A stretch of 63,350 bases of DNA, counting the filler, from Octopus bimaculoides (Eukaryota): NCBI RefSeq assembly GCF_001194135.2. It is 7 parts of 7 records of this genome, joined end to end, with 100 filler letters (N's around TTAATTAATTAA, not from the genome) between each part and the next. Parts side by side here need not be neighbours in the genome. Positions count along the whole stretch, not along the records: positions 1 to 22,902 come from NC_068981.1; 6 more parts are not named here. One strand, written 5' to 3'. The notes beneath the pieces are model-generated. The model was not told where the DNA came from, did not search any database, and saw only the letters and a program-made list of their open reading frames with translations. Position numbers and translations under genes: made by a program. Positions 1 through 13,490 of this stretch are shown piece after piece; positions within the stretch are counted from its first letter, which is position 1; the number at the start of each line of letters is the position of its first letter.

Positions 1-3000
1 TATATATATATATATATATATGTGTATGTATATACGCTTTAATTTTCTACTTATTTGAGTTAGTGAACAGCAGCCCTTTTGAGACATTACCGTGCACTGC
101 TACTTAAACAAATCTTCCTCAGTTATATTGTTACGTCTGGTGTTTATTAATAACATTTCCTGAACCAGTAGATTACAGGGTCATAAAGTAACCATACTGC
201 GTGTTGGTAAATGTTGAGGGAAATCGAAAGTGCATGAACTTAAGCATCCCCCTACACACACAAGCACATACGTTTCCAAATACTCTCAAAGGTGAAATTG
301 TGCGACGTTTCTGAGCCGTAGAAGAGATTTGTTGAAAATGATGCAAAGTGGAAAGCAGCTTCATCCACTATACACGCACGCTCATGCACTTATACACGCT
401 TACACACATCACATACATCACACACCTCGATACACTGCTGTTTTGATATACAAGGATTTACATCTTGTTATAAACATCGGTTGTATGTTTTGTTATCTCA
501 CTCCAAATAACACTGCTTAATTTCATTTGCGTATATGTGTGTGCCTGTGTATACAAATAATTTGTTCTATATATAAGTAGATGATTATGAACTCACAATT
601 TATAATTCTCTAGTCACGTATCAATAGTGGACACTCAGTTAATTATATAATCATAAAATGAACTGATAAATAAATTATAAGAAGTCGACTCTGTGGCATT
701 TTGTTTGTTTGCTGTAAATAAGTTTCGGTAATTTTCTATAAAAAAAAAATTATTGTTTTGATGTAACAATGTAAATCTATGATTGGCGCAAATAATATTT
801 ATGATGACTATGTTCAAATGCGGAGACCATGCCGCACAATTATCTTGATTTCTCAAGTGAAACACTAATAACTCTGTTAGGATGAATTGATTATAGCTAA
901 AAGCGTTTAAAATATCATAGTGTGTCTAATTTATTTTTCAAATATTTCATATTTATGATTTCAAGAGATTTAGATTAGATAGCCCCAAACCATATTATTT
1001 ACAGTAAATAAGTTATTTGAAAAACATAAAATACATGAAACACAATAAATTGCATCGATTCTTTTTGAAAAGAAATGTTGCTAACAGGGGAATATGTAAA
1101 ATAAAATTATCATCTTCGCAAAAATAGGAAAGGTACCAACTAAAGAGTGATAATAACAGAAATCGAATTGAAACGTACGGCATTTGGTGTAATAGAAGTG
1201 AAATCAACAAACGAAATCATCAGTCTTCGAATCGTTATTATATGTTTATTACATTTTCCTATAGTCTCTATTCTTCATTATAGTGTTTCTAATTCCGTCA
1301 TGGCTTACACTAATTTGTGTGAATTTTATTAACGAAATTATAACTTTATTTTTGCCTCGATCTTGTTTCGTAACATGCGAAGCTCCTGTAGATGTTTATG
1401 CTTATCAGGAGCGTTCTAGACTTGGAAGAAATGAGACATCAAATTACGCAGGAAAGAAGCTTTCAGTTTAATACAATTTATCTGTTTTATATTGCAACGT
1501 CTAGGTGAAATGAAGTAACCAGTTTAAAACAGTTGATACACATCCAGAGCATGGAGCCTAATAAACATGCGCCTAGCATTACACGCTTAGTACACACACA
1601 TAAACATTATAAAATTCTTTGACGCCAAATAGACTATTGTGGATTCGGCCATTCCTCTAATCATCGTCCAATTTAAAAGGTAAAGAACTAATAAATTTAA
1701 AACTGGCAGCGGAAAATAATTTCTTAGATTATAAAGCAAATTGTTAGTAATAAAAATATGTAGTCATTCTATTTTTGCAGTTATGATACACGTTGAATAT
1801 TAATGATAGAAGAGAAGGATTCACGTTCGGCTCTATAAAATAATCGTTAATAAAACACGGAAGGATGAAAATGTGAAGAGTAAAGGAATTATACAAATAA
1901 AACTAATATATCATTATTGCCAATTGAATGCGCATGAATTACCGAAAAAAATAAGTAAAAGCCACTGACATATTTATACCTCTACAAGATTTAAATTAAA
2001 AGCTAGTGTTCTCGAAAATATATGACACGATTATTCCAAAAAGATAATCATATATATATATATATACAGTCTATGTAGTATGACCTCATCTGTAAATTAT
2101 ACTACAAATGATTATTCGGTCATGCGTAATGTCATCTCATGTGTTAGCCTCGGATTATTGATGTCACTTAATAGACTGCAACTGATATTATTCGGATTGT
2201 CTCGCAACACGTTCATTTGTCAGTAGAGAGTGTGATTATGTGTGTTTGTGTGTACGGTGTGGATTTTGTGAAAATTGTATGTAGCAAAACTTGTCGTTCA
2301 TGTGTTTGTGAAAGTGTTGCGTGTATGTAAGTTCGTGGGTCGTTGTGTGTGCGAGCGTGTATGGCTTTCAGAACCCGTCAATATATATTGTTCTTTTTCT
2401 GGGGGATATGGAACAAATCTTATTTCGATTTTATAACTCTCTTCTTTTATTCCAAATAAGCAGAAAATAAAATATGTTCTACGAGTATACTATATTCTCA
2501 CACTTACCTGCAAAACATATGATCATACACGCATTCACACTGACAAATAGCACACACACACACACACATATATACACACACACTGATAAAAAAATGACAG
2601 ACACACACAAATATATGCTCATTATCATAAAGGGCCTAGTTTTTCGCAGGGGTGGTAAGCCTTGGCCAACATCCGTCAATGTCCCATTCTCTCATTCATC
2701 TACCAATTCAGTGCCAATGTGCACATGCGCGGTAGGTGCATATATGATCTTGTATAGGTCATATTTTAGAGGCACGCTGAGGTGTGGATGTGTCATTGCA
2801 TTTCACAGGTATATTTTACGAATTGATAGCTTCAATTCTCATATAAATGTAGATACAGGTTTTTGTCGTAATGCTATATTGTGTGTGTATATCTCGATAT
2901 ATTGTATAATAAAGATAATATGACGCCTTATGTTTGTTAACATGCTGATAGAATGCTAACCTGGGTTTCCTCTTACCATAACCTATTCTGTGCTCATCTA

Positions 3001-3399
3001 TACTCTCTGCCGAGATGTTAGCAATTGCCGCAATATAAGCTGAATTGTATTTTGTATATTCGACCGATAAACATTTTAACAGACATGCAGCTTTTCTCCT
3101 TTCACAGTTCACCTCTATGTTTGTATTAGAAATAAGTGTATGTTTATTGCTGAATACGGTCCTGTCAAATGTGTATGTCCTACTTACTTTTGATCAAGTA
3201 CGTTTGATTGGTTTCCCAATAAGGGACCTCAAAAACCTACAAGGTAACTCCATTGCACCATTCTTTTGTCTTATCTACACCTTACTAATCGTTTAGTGGT
3301 CTATTACATCGTTTCTTATGGTATCTCAGGTGAGTCTCATTTGTATCATTTATATTTTCTAACATTTTCTTTGATTCCTTTACCCCTTGATTCCATGTT

Positions 3400-4240
3400 T
3401 TGTGTGTAGCCGAAAAATGGCATGTGGCACATGAGGTCAAGTGTGTTTTATCTTTTACCCGGAGACCTGTCCAGGCACCGTTTGTTTCTTTGGTATGGTT
3501 TCTACACTGGATGCTCTTCATAATGCAAACCATTTCACAGAGTGTGCTGGGTGCTTTTTACCTGGCACCAGCACGGGTGCTTTCTACGTGGCACGGATAC
3601 ATGTGCCTTTTATGTGACACGTGAACGAGAGCTTTGTATGTGGTACTTTTTTAGGGGGTATCGGCATGGGTTATTCGCAGTGGTTACCGGCACAAGGGCA
3701 TCCTATATGACATTGGTAGTGTCACCGGCATGAGTGCTTTTATGCGACAGACCAATGACCTATCAGCTGACAGAAGGACATGTCCTCAGTTGCAACAAGT
3801 CATGTCTCACTATCATGCAACATAGATGTTCGTACACAAACGTCATTGAATCTTCCTTTCACACTGAGGGAGAGGCACTTCGTTAACAACAAAGGAGCTC
3901 TGAATTTCTCACAGCCCATCCTTTCGGAGTTTCAGATCTTCCTCCTTTGTTACTAACTTGGTCACCTAGGTATCGGAAATTACCTTCTACTTTTAAGGTC
4001 CCACAGAACATTAGATGGAAGAATCTATTTCCTGCACATTCGTATTGCTTACCGTACAGCACATTTGCCACACACAAGGATTTCATTCTTAACATTTCTG
4101 TGATATGACTGCGTCACTTATGTGTCCGTACCTTCCATTCGGTAGACCGTATGCTACGCCTTTTCTACATATGAAGCTGAGCTATCACATAACGGGACCG
4201 CTGAGTCGTGTGTCTTCGTTCTTACTAGGACTTTGTTCGT
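3400..4240 (-). mobile_element. Decayed RTE-clade LINE, 3' part (C-terminal RT region plus repeat-rich 3' UTR)
   Basis: Minus-strand translation with frameshifts and stops gives ICRKGV, FRYLGDQVS and LLTKCLSLSVKGRFNDVCVRTSMLHDSET*, typical of the RTE post-RT region (YLG..., KGRLY..CVR..MLHGSETW). 3400-3760 holds degenerate TTTTA(C/T)GTGGCACC units. Boundaries are approximate. Confidence 0.7.
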
Positions 4241-4469
4241 ATATATTTATATGCACACACACACACACACACACATACACACACACACACATATATTGAG
4301 ATATATATATANNNNNNNNNNNNNNNNNNNNNNNNNNNNNNNNNNNNNNNNNNNNNNNNNNNNNNNNNNNNNNNNNNNNNNNNNNNNNNNNNNNNNNNNN
4401 NNNNNNNNNNNNNNNNNNNNNNNNNNNNNNNNNNNNNNNNTATATGTATGTATGTATGCATGTATGTAT

Positions 4470-5090
4470 GTATACACTCTTCTACATGTTTCATCTTCTG
4501 CAGCCCTTGTAGACGGTTTCCTTGTTTAAGTTGGTGAATGCTGCCATAATCCTTGCTTGCTTTCAGTTCATCGTTGGTCTTACAAGGTGTGTTGTTGGTT
4601 TCTCGCTCAATTACGCCCCGCACAGTAATTAAGGTGGTTGCAGGCTGGGGAGTTATGTGGCCAGATGTTAGGGGTGATGTGGTAGCAGGAATTGTCTGAC
4701 AGCCATGACTGGGTTTATCCGTCTTGTGTGGCATAGAGTAGATGTAGATTCTTGGTGCCAGACATAGGGTCTTCCAGCGGCCACATTCTTGATCCTGGAC
4801 AGCACTACTCCTTCCATGTTGTAGGTCTCCGTCTTGCGTCTGAAGCCGTGTGGGAAGATGAATGGAGCCATAACGTAACTACCACTGGTGATCATTCCAC
4901 ACACCATGATGTTGACTGGATGTTTGATTTTGATCATTCTCTGTACATGTCCTCAGATTCACACTCAAACCTTGAAATGTTCGTATTGGATCTTCCAGCG
5001 CGAATGCCAAGAAGTACAGCATATCATTTCGAAATTTCTGGCAGAGTAAATCGCGTAAAGTTGCTCTTCTTCTCATAAACGGAGCCCAAC
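4470..5090 (-). mobile_element. Tc1/mariner transposase relic (DDE domain)
   Basis: Minus strand reads KHPVNIMVCGMITS..APFIFPHG..EGVVL..VAAGRPYVWHQ.S, then after a frameshift HITPNIWPHNSPACNHLNY (a degenerate WPPNSPDCNPLDY) and PCKTNDELKA. TIRs were not identified. Confidence 0.75.
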
Positions 5091-5196
5091 TCAACTTACT
5101 ATGCTATGTAATCGATAAGATCAAAAACAACAGTACGCATGAGCAAAATGAAACATATAAAATATCGACAACCTACCTATCATAACGGATACACAC

Positions 5197-5255
<59 letters not shown>

Positions 5256-6491
5256 GTATATANNNNNNNNNNNNNNNNNNNNNNNNNNNNNNNNNNNNNN
5301 NNNNNNNNNNNNNNNNNNNNNNNNNNNNNNNNNNNNNNNNNNNNNNNNNNNNNNNNNNNNNNNNNNNNNNNNNNNNNNNNNNNNNNNNNNNNNNNNNNNN
5401 NNNNNNNNNNNNNNNNNNNNNNNNNNNNNNNNNNNNNNNNNNNNNNNNNNNNNNNNNNNNNNNNNNNNNNNNNNNNNNNNNNNNNNNNNNNNNNNNNNNN
5501 NNNNNNNNNNNNNNNNNNNNNNNNNNNNNNNNNNNNNNNNNNNNNNNNNNNNNNNNNNNNNNNNNNNNNNNNNNNNNNNNNNNNNNNNNNNNNNNNNNNN
5601 NNNNNNNNNNNNNNNNNNNNNNNNNNNNNNNNNNNNNNNNNNNNNNNNNNNNNNNNNNNNNNNNNNATATATATATATATATATATATACATGTATATCT
5701 TTGTGTGTGCATTTGGGTTGCGTGAGTAGATGTATACTTAATCACACATTTGGTCTCATATACACGTTGCTACATATGTATGTGTAGGAGTATAGTTAAG
5801 AGATAAATGCATAGGCGGATAGACATGTAGAGAGGAATCGAAAGAGATATGAAAGGAGAAGAGTAGTATATAGTTATTTGCTAAGAATTATAGACACTGA
5901 AGGAAAATGCAGAACGTTAAATGTAGAATAGAGACACATTGGGGCAATAAATAGATCTATGCATAGAATATAGAAAGCAAGAGATATCAATGCAATTGTG
6001 AATGAAAAGAAAAAACACAAATAGAGAGGAATGAATTGAATATGAAATTACAGAGTGAATTTACGTAGACACTGGACGTAATCTTTGCAGTTCGAAAAGC
6101 AGTGGAGTATCAATTATGGAGGATAGCATAAAGAATAGAATAAGTATTTTGTTTAATGAATAACAATAAATCGATAGCCTGCCAGGTTATACGCACAGTT
6201 CTCACTGTTTATTCGGAAACCGAAAGCATGTTTTAATTTAAGCGGTTGTAAGTGAATCAAAAAGTCACGTCACGCTCTGATAGGATTCAAAATAGTAAGT
6301 TTCGTGTTGCGCTAAACAATATATCTCTTAACTTACTATATATTGTTTATTGAAAATGTTGTGATAAGTAGACAATTACATGAAACCTCACATTACAATA
6401 GATAAAAGCTATCGTTAAGCTCGTATGTATAGGTTTTAAAAAGCAGTTGTGAAAAAATGCTTTTTCCATACATATCTATTTTCGTTTGTAA

Positions 6492-6525
<34 letters not shown>

Positions 6526-8119
6526 AACAGTAGATGAGTATATGCATATATACGTACAGGTGTGTGCATACCGACATCCACCTGTATATATAGGTGCATA
6601 TCTGAGTACAGGACATTGCAAACAAAACCTAGACGATAAAACACACAAGCCACATAGAGCCACATTCTTCTTCATGAGCTACCCCCGTTTATATATACAC
6701 ACACACACACATACACATACACACACACACACACATATACACACACATATATATATATATACACACACACGTATGTATGTATATATGTATATATATATAT
6801 ATGTGCGTATGTGTGTGTTTGAATATGTGCGCGTATATATCTATATATATGTATGTATGCATGTGTGTGTATATACACGTATATGCATATATGCTCTAAG
6901 TTTGGACTTCTGTCATATTTAAACCAAAAGCAGATTGTTCTTCATCTATAATTGCTACATCATTAAAACAACAATAGGCCTTTGCTTCCACAAATATTTG
7001 TCGTATTTGACACACAGATATTTCAGAAAATTATCTATTCATAATGCCAACGTCAGACCTATATTGTTTATAGTCTATGATATGAAGCCTATGAAATACA
7101 TATGATCATTGAACTATATTGCAATAAAAGCATAATTCAGTCTGATTACATGTTATTATAATTTTGCAATTCCTCTGGCATCAATTTCGTTTAAAGCCTC
7201 AATGATTATGTGATATGAGAAAACAAACTATATTGTATTTTGCATGTATTTTTCAATTCGCCTTGTTATCGCCATTCACATATATGTATACAAATCAAAC
7301 ACTAACACAACTTACACACGCCCGTGCATAGGCACACACAGACGTCACACACGCGCACACAAACACATGAACGCACACATAATTATGCGTATATATATAT
7401 ATATATATATAGGTGACAAAGTTATATATATATATATTTATATATATATATATATATTTGCGCGTGTGTATGTACATGTATATATGTGTTAATGTATGAA
7501 GTATGACTGTCTATGTTTTCCATCATTTTCTCGAAAATGAATGTATGCTTTCTATATCCCTCTAAAAGCATTTGTTCAGTATAATATTGACATTTTCCTC
7601 TCATCTTCTTTTGCTCAATTAGATTGTTGGTAAATGTTCTCCTGACATTACCTGCAATTTATGTGTATCGGCAATATAATTGTTTAATGATTATGCCATT
7701 ACTTTCATCTATTGTCTGGCTATATGGATGTTCGTGCTTAACAGTGAGATTCCTGTATTGCAGCGTATGTAGATTGCGCTTAGAAGCCGCGAAAAGTCGT
7801 GTTTTTATTATATTGAATTCGTTTTTGTGAGGTTATTTTGATTTATATACCTACCTATCTACATACATGCATACATACATGCATGCGTACATACATACAC
7901 ACATACAGACATACATACATACATTCATGATACATACATACAAACATACATGATACGTACATACATATGTGTGTAGGTGGAGTGAGAAAGAAATTGTTAT
8001 AATTTTGGAATTTTTTTGTTCAAATCTATACTTGCACATTACGTTTCACTCCAGTTAATGTGTAATCTAAATAATAATGGTCATTTATTATTAATGATGA
8101 TGGTAACAACAACAACGTC

Positions 8120-8179
8120 AATAATAATAATAATGATATAGATAATAATAATAATAATAATAATATAGATAATAATAAT

Positions 8180-8263
<84 letters not shown>
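8120..8263. repeat. (TAA)n microsatellite
   Basis: Long, nearly perfect TAA run read directly; one of many microsatellites in the window. Confidence 0.95.
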
Positions 8264-8264
<1 letters not shown>

Positions 8265-11200
8265 TTTTCTTTACAATAAAATTATTCAGTAGAAATAATT
8301 ATTTATCTTCTAACAGACACAATGGCTCATACTTTTCATACATGATGGAAAAGTATTACAAAACATATCTATATCTTGTCAATATCTTCATTTATCTATC
8401 TATCTATAGACATACACAAACACACACATACACGAACACAAACATACATATATGCATGTGTATGCATGCATGTGTATATACATATTTATATATATATATA
8501 TNNNNNNNNNNNNNNNNNNNNNNNNNNNNNNNNNNNNNNNNNNNNNNNNNNNNNNNNNNNNNNNNNNNNNNNNNNNNNNNNNNNNNNNNNNNNNNNNNNN
8601 NNNNNNNNNNNNNNNNNNNNNNNNNNNNNNNNNNNNNNNNNNNNNNNNNNNNNNNNNNNNNNNNNNNNNNNNNNNNNNNNNNNNNNNNNNNNNNNNNNNN
8701 NNNNNNNNNNNNNNNNNNNNNNNNNNATATATATATATATATATATACATACACATACACACATACGTGGCTGTGTGGGAAGAATAGTATTTCCCAATCA
8801 CATGTTTCGTGTTCAGTCCCAGTGAGTTGCACTTTTGGCAAGTGTGAACTATGACCACAAGCTTTGTGAGTAGAAGTTGTACCTTGAAACTGAAGACTAT
8901 TGAAGTGAAAACAGAAAATCTATCAATAATGTACATGGTAAGGTGTAAAATATTCATACACAGTACAGCTAAGCGAATTGACTCATACGAAGATTGTTTA
9001 ATGAATGCAGCAGTTGATTGTGCGTGTGTCCCACCTTTCAGCATGTAAAAATATTGCCCAGATAATCCTAAGCCTTTATATGCGGGATATAGAACAAATG
9101 GTTATTGGTTGAACTGACTCTCTTGTGTTACATCAGAATGGAAAATATTGCAGTTTAGCCATCAAATTAAAGGACCCAGGCTTTGAAACTAAATTCTTAC
9201 CATAAATTTGCAGCGAGAATAATTTTGATTAGATGTATTGACAGTAAATATTCTGTTTATCTCAAGAAAAACTAGAGCTATTAACGGAATGGCAAAGGAC
9301 CAAAACTACTTATTCCACACTCCACTTGTGTCTCAGATGGAAGTGGTTATGATATACGAGATACCTCAAACATGATGCACATTAACTATTTAGGACGTCG
9401 ACAGAATGCAGAGTAAGGCAGCTTAAAAGATTTTTTAAATGATGGTTTCGATACATCTCTAAGTTATTTGCCGAAACACTTGATTCAATGAAGGTTCTTC
9501 TCTTAAAATCTCTGCTGTGCAGCTTATGGTGGATTGTCTTAAACAGTACATATATGCGTACGTGCGTTTGCGTGTTTATGTACTTATGTAGTCTCAGAAA
9601 CATTCTTTACAGACACTTCAATAACCAAATCGGTGGAGCATATATTGTGTCTTATAATGTGCTGGTGTATCTTAGGTAACGCGATTGCAGTCTTGTACAG
9701 GGAAATAACATTGCTCCGACTGTTGTATTTCTCTTTTTTTTATACTTTCCGTTTTTATTTCTCAATTGTTAATTTCCTACGTGTTACATTCTTTTACTTG
9801 TTCCTTTTTTCCTGTCATATTCACAAGTGATTTAACTTATACTAGCTTCTCTTATCTTCACTTAGCTTATTCTGATGCTATACCTCGCTTACTCCTTTCA
9901 CCTTTCAGCTTTCAAATCTCTCCTACCAACGGCATTACCCCGTTGTTTCCATGTACTAGATCATGTCTCATTTTCTTCTAGCTGCGCTCTTGAAAAATCG
10001 ATGTGTCATCTACCTCTCATCTAAGTTGCTATTTTCTTCCTGGATTTTTCTACGACATACATTTCCTATGCTATTTTCCCCTTCTTTTTTTTTTTTGATT
10101 TTGACACGTCTAAATATTTCTCTACATATCACAACTCTTAACAAACTATGTTTTCATTTGTCTACCGTTGTTAATGTTTACTATATTATACGCTTATGAT
10201 TATTTTCCTACATTCCTCAAATCTAAATGCTTGTAGTTTAAGCTGCGCTCATCGTGTGAACTTAATTTTTTATGATTTGTTTTTTAGTATACTTTAGTTC
10301 TAATTCCTGAAATTTTGTTCATGGGGCGCTTGTTGGTTGAGATCGTGTTCTTGGCTATATCAACCATCGCATTTTTCCGACACTGCCTTGTATTTCTTGT
10401 AAGATTTCGTTTATGTAAGTAGAATATATCAAAATGTACTTTGTTTCAATTTGAGAGTACTTGTGTGCAAACTCATGTGATACAAAAGATTTTCTTAGAC
10501 AAATAAAATAACTTTTCTCTATAAACTGAACGGAATAAATACCATTGAAAACATTTGGATGTATTTAACTGCTAATGATAATGCCAGTCATGAAAATAAT
10601 TATAATTTTCCTTATTGCTCACATGGGAACAAGACCCTGGCAAATATTCAAGAATAAAATTTTAAAAAAAAACTATTTTGAAGCAAGGATGGATTTTAAT
10701 TTCACTAAAATGAATAGATTAGAAAAAAGCCAATAAACACAATAAACAGATTAAATTTTCAATAACACATGACAAAACTGACAAGATATAATAAACCTCG
10801 AAATGACAGTCAAATGAAAGTAAGATTGGAGGCGCTCAATACACAGCTTCGGTTTCTTTTAAAGCTTTGAAGGCAAAGAAATTGACCCACTTTTTCATGC
10901 AAGGTTGGTTTCACATTTTTAGATTTAGCCAATATTATGAATTCTACTACTTTCGTGTATTTAAAATAAAATATAGTTCAGATATGAATCATTATAATCT
11001 ACGAGTACTACTCTCTTTAATTTGTGTATAAATGTCGCGCGGATTAGAGGTGAAAAAATATGTTTTCACGCCTAACATCTAAATAGGTCCCACTACAAAA
11101 CAGAATGTGTACACAACAATCACTATTCCATTTCATTTTCTTGTTTATTTACTTTTTGTGGTCAGGGCTAACTCCTTCAACCAGCATGACGTATGGGACT

Positions 11201-11599
11201 GGATCTTTAACTGACATGTTACGTGGGGTTTATAATACGCTGCATGTATGTATATCTACGCTATATCCAACAGATAATAGATACAATGAACCTATTACAC
11301 ACAACAAATAGACTCAGTAAAAGGAGTTTCAAATATTTTGTTTGGATCAATGCGCCTAGTCAACCACATAGCAAATACAATATACACCACTGATGTCACA
11401 CTACGTAACATTCTGTGACGTAATTAGACTAAGTACGAACTTTCAAATACATAAGTAATATTTAGCTGCAGAACTACAAGAAATACATTATATAGCAAAG
11501 CTATTTAGATGCAACTGAGTGAGCGAGAGGATATCTGAATTTACAGTTTTATAATAATATATTTACTGATGTAATAAAAATATATTTTGCAAATATTAT

Positions 11600-11930
11600 A
11601 GGCTCAAGTATGGTTGTGTAGCAAGAAGTTTGCTTCCCAGTTACATGGTTTCGAGTGTAGTCTCACTGCTCACTGCTCAAGCTGCCAAAGACTTATGAGC
11701 AGATTTCGTTGACGTAAGCTGAAAGAAGGCCGTCGTGTATGTGTGAGTGTATGTGTCATCACCGATTGACAACTAGTGTTGGTGCGTTTACGTCTCCGTA
11801 ACCTAGCAGTTCAATAAAATTGACCGATAGAATAAGTGTAACAAAGTTAATATCTTTGACTAAAAGCTCCTCAGGCTGGTGAGACAGCATGGCCAGAGTC
11901 TAATGAGCGAAACAAATACGAGATAAGAGA
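11600..11930 (+). mobile_element. tRNA-derived SINE (family 1), diverged copy
   Basis: Colinear similarity to the reverse complement of 48956-49344 (head AGGCTCAAGTATGGTTGTGTAGCAAG; body CTGAAAGAAG..CGTCGT; tail CAGCATGGCC..GAAACAAAT). Confidence 0.65.
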
Positions 11931-12548
11931 TAGAAGATGGCATAGAAACTACGAGAAGGAGGGAGAAGGGCGACTACTCCTTCATCGTAAATAACAAGAG
12001 GAAGGTGAAATATAAAGCTACTACATGATATATAGATTAGTAGAAAGTGCAGGAGCAAAGAAAAAGGAGGTAATTCTAAGCAGTGGATTACAGAATCAGC
12101 ACTGAAGCACGAGACTAAATGGTTTCTTTACTGCAGCACAGTCTTGGAAACAGTAAGCAGAAAATGAAATGCGATGCAAAAAATATTTTATAAAGTTTCC
12201 GAAGTGACACACAGCTACATGGATCATGGTTTCCCGGTTGTCGGCAACCAGAGAAATATATGTATACATACATGCATGCATACATACATACATACATACA
12301 AACATACATACATAGTTAGGAATACATACGAATCTACGTATTTATACTTATATTGATGTGTGTATGCACATATACATACATGACAATTTTAGATCTTTCA
12401 TCTACTGCCGATTAAGCCAGTATTATTAAATGGAATCAGTAAAACATATGGCAAAAATTGTATTCCAGAAAACGCCATACGGTATGCTAAATCATATCAC
12501 AAAACTCACAGTCAAGATAATTGAATGCATATTTATGTCAGTTACAGC

Positions 12549-12551
<3 letters not shown>

Positions 12552-12630
<79 letters not shown>
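12552..12630. repeat. (TAA)n microsatellite at the 5' junction of a Dong-like LINE
   Basis: About 26 perfect TAA units directly upstream of the truncated element. Confidence 0.95.
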
Positions 12631-12631
<1 letters not shown>

Positions 12632-13202
12632 TTCCATAATGTTATACACTGGAAGCTATGCCAACATTATGGAATAGCAACAGAAAAAAGATGGTATAAA
12701 CACACGCCAGAAAAGGTCACAGAAAACGAGAAAGCAACCATACTCTGGGATATGCCAATACACACAGATAGAGAAATTAAGGCAAATAGACCAGATATAG
12801 TTGTCAAAGATCATGAAGGAAAAAAATGCCTTCTAATTGATGTTTCAATACCAGCAGATGACAACGTTTCTCTAAAAGAAATGGAAAAACTTTCAAAATA
12901 CAAAGACCTGGAAATAGAGATAACTCGAATGTGGAATCTAAAAACAGAAACAATTCCTATCATAGTAGGTGCCTTAGGTATAATAAAAAAATATTCAGAC
13001 AAATACATAACAAAAACACCAGGACTTACAAATATATATAACATACAGAAAATTGCACTACTGGGTACTGCACACATTCTACGCAAAACACTTTCAATAC
13101 AGTAAACATAAGAGCACCACAGCAAACCACAGCACATACCCAAGGCGCACAGAGCTGCGCTCGGTAGTGAAGTGAAAGCACGTTATAAAAATAAAACTAC
13201 TG
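12631..13202 (+). mobile_element. 5'-truncated R4/Dong-clade non-LTR retrotransposon (restriction-like endonuclease domain plus 3' UTR)
   Basis: Stop-free frame to 13105: IHWKLC..ILWDMPIHTDREIKANRPDIVVKD..CLLIDVSIP..EKLSKYKDL..PIIVGALG, i.e. the PD..D..K(Y) RLE signature. About 100 bp of 3' UTR follows, then (TAA/CAA)n. Confidence 0.85.
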
Positions 13203-13274
13203 AATAATAATAATAATAATAACAATAACAACAACAATAACATCAACAACAACAATAATAATTATAATAAAATG

Positions 13275-13490
13275 TGATTTGTGCTCCTTTTGTGTTTGCA
13301 CACGAGCCGCAGCATTCAGTCCTCTGTGCTACACAAGTACTGGTTCATTGCTATTATGGAGGTCCTATTTACAGTTATATCTGCATCATTCTTCTTGCAC
13401 CATTACATCTAGGTAGTTACATATTATCAATATCTGCTTTTGAGTGGTGCATGTTCATAGATGTTAGTAGTTTCTTGTCTTCCCGTCTAG
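13275..13490 (-). mobile_element. R4/Dong-like LINE internal fragment (post-RT/thumb region)
   Basis: Minus strand reads LDGKTR(fs)LLTSMNMHHSKADIDNM*LPRCNGARRMMQ, matching the family motif LDRKTRK..MHHPKAD..RLY.PR..GGRGL. Confidence 0.6.

Noticed and set aside
1147-1332. ORF segment TAFGVIEVKSTNEIISLRIVIICLLHF resembling a GR TM7 motif
   Set aside because: Lacks the TY and QF residues, the spacing is 3 residues short, there is no good acceptor, and it lies on a different scaffold piece upstream of the GRL.
8400-9400. Minus-strand hydrophobic ORF, and a + strand 'SIMYM|GTAAGG' echoing the ephrin exon end
   Set aside because: The upstream frame has stop density close to random, and the + peptide lacks the ephrin D..IICP core.
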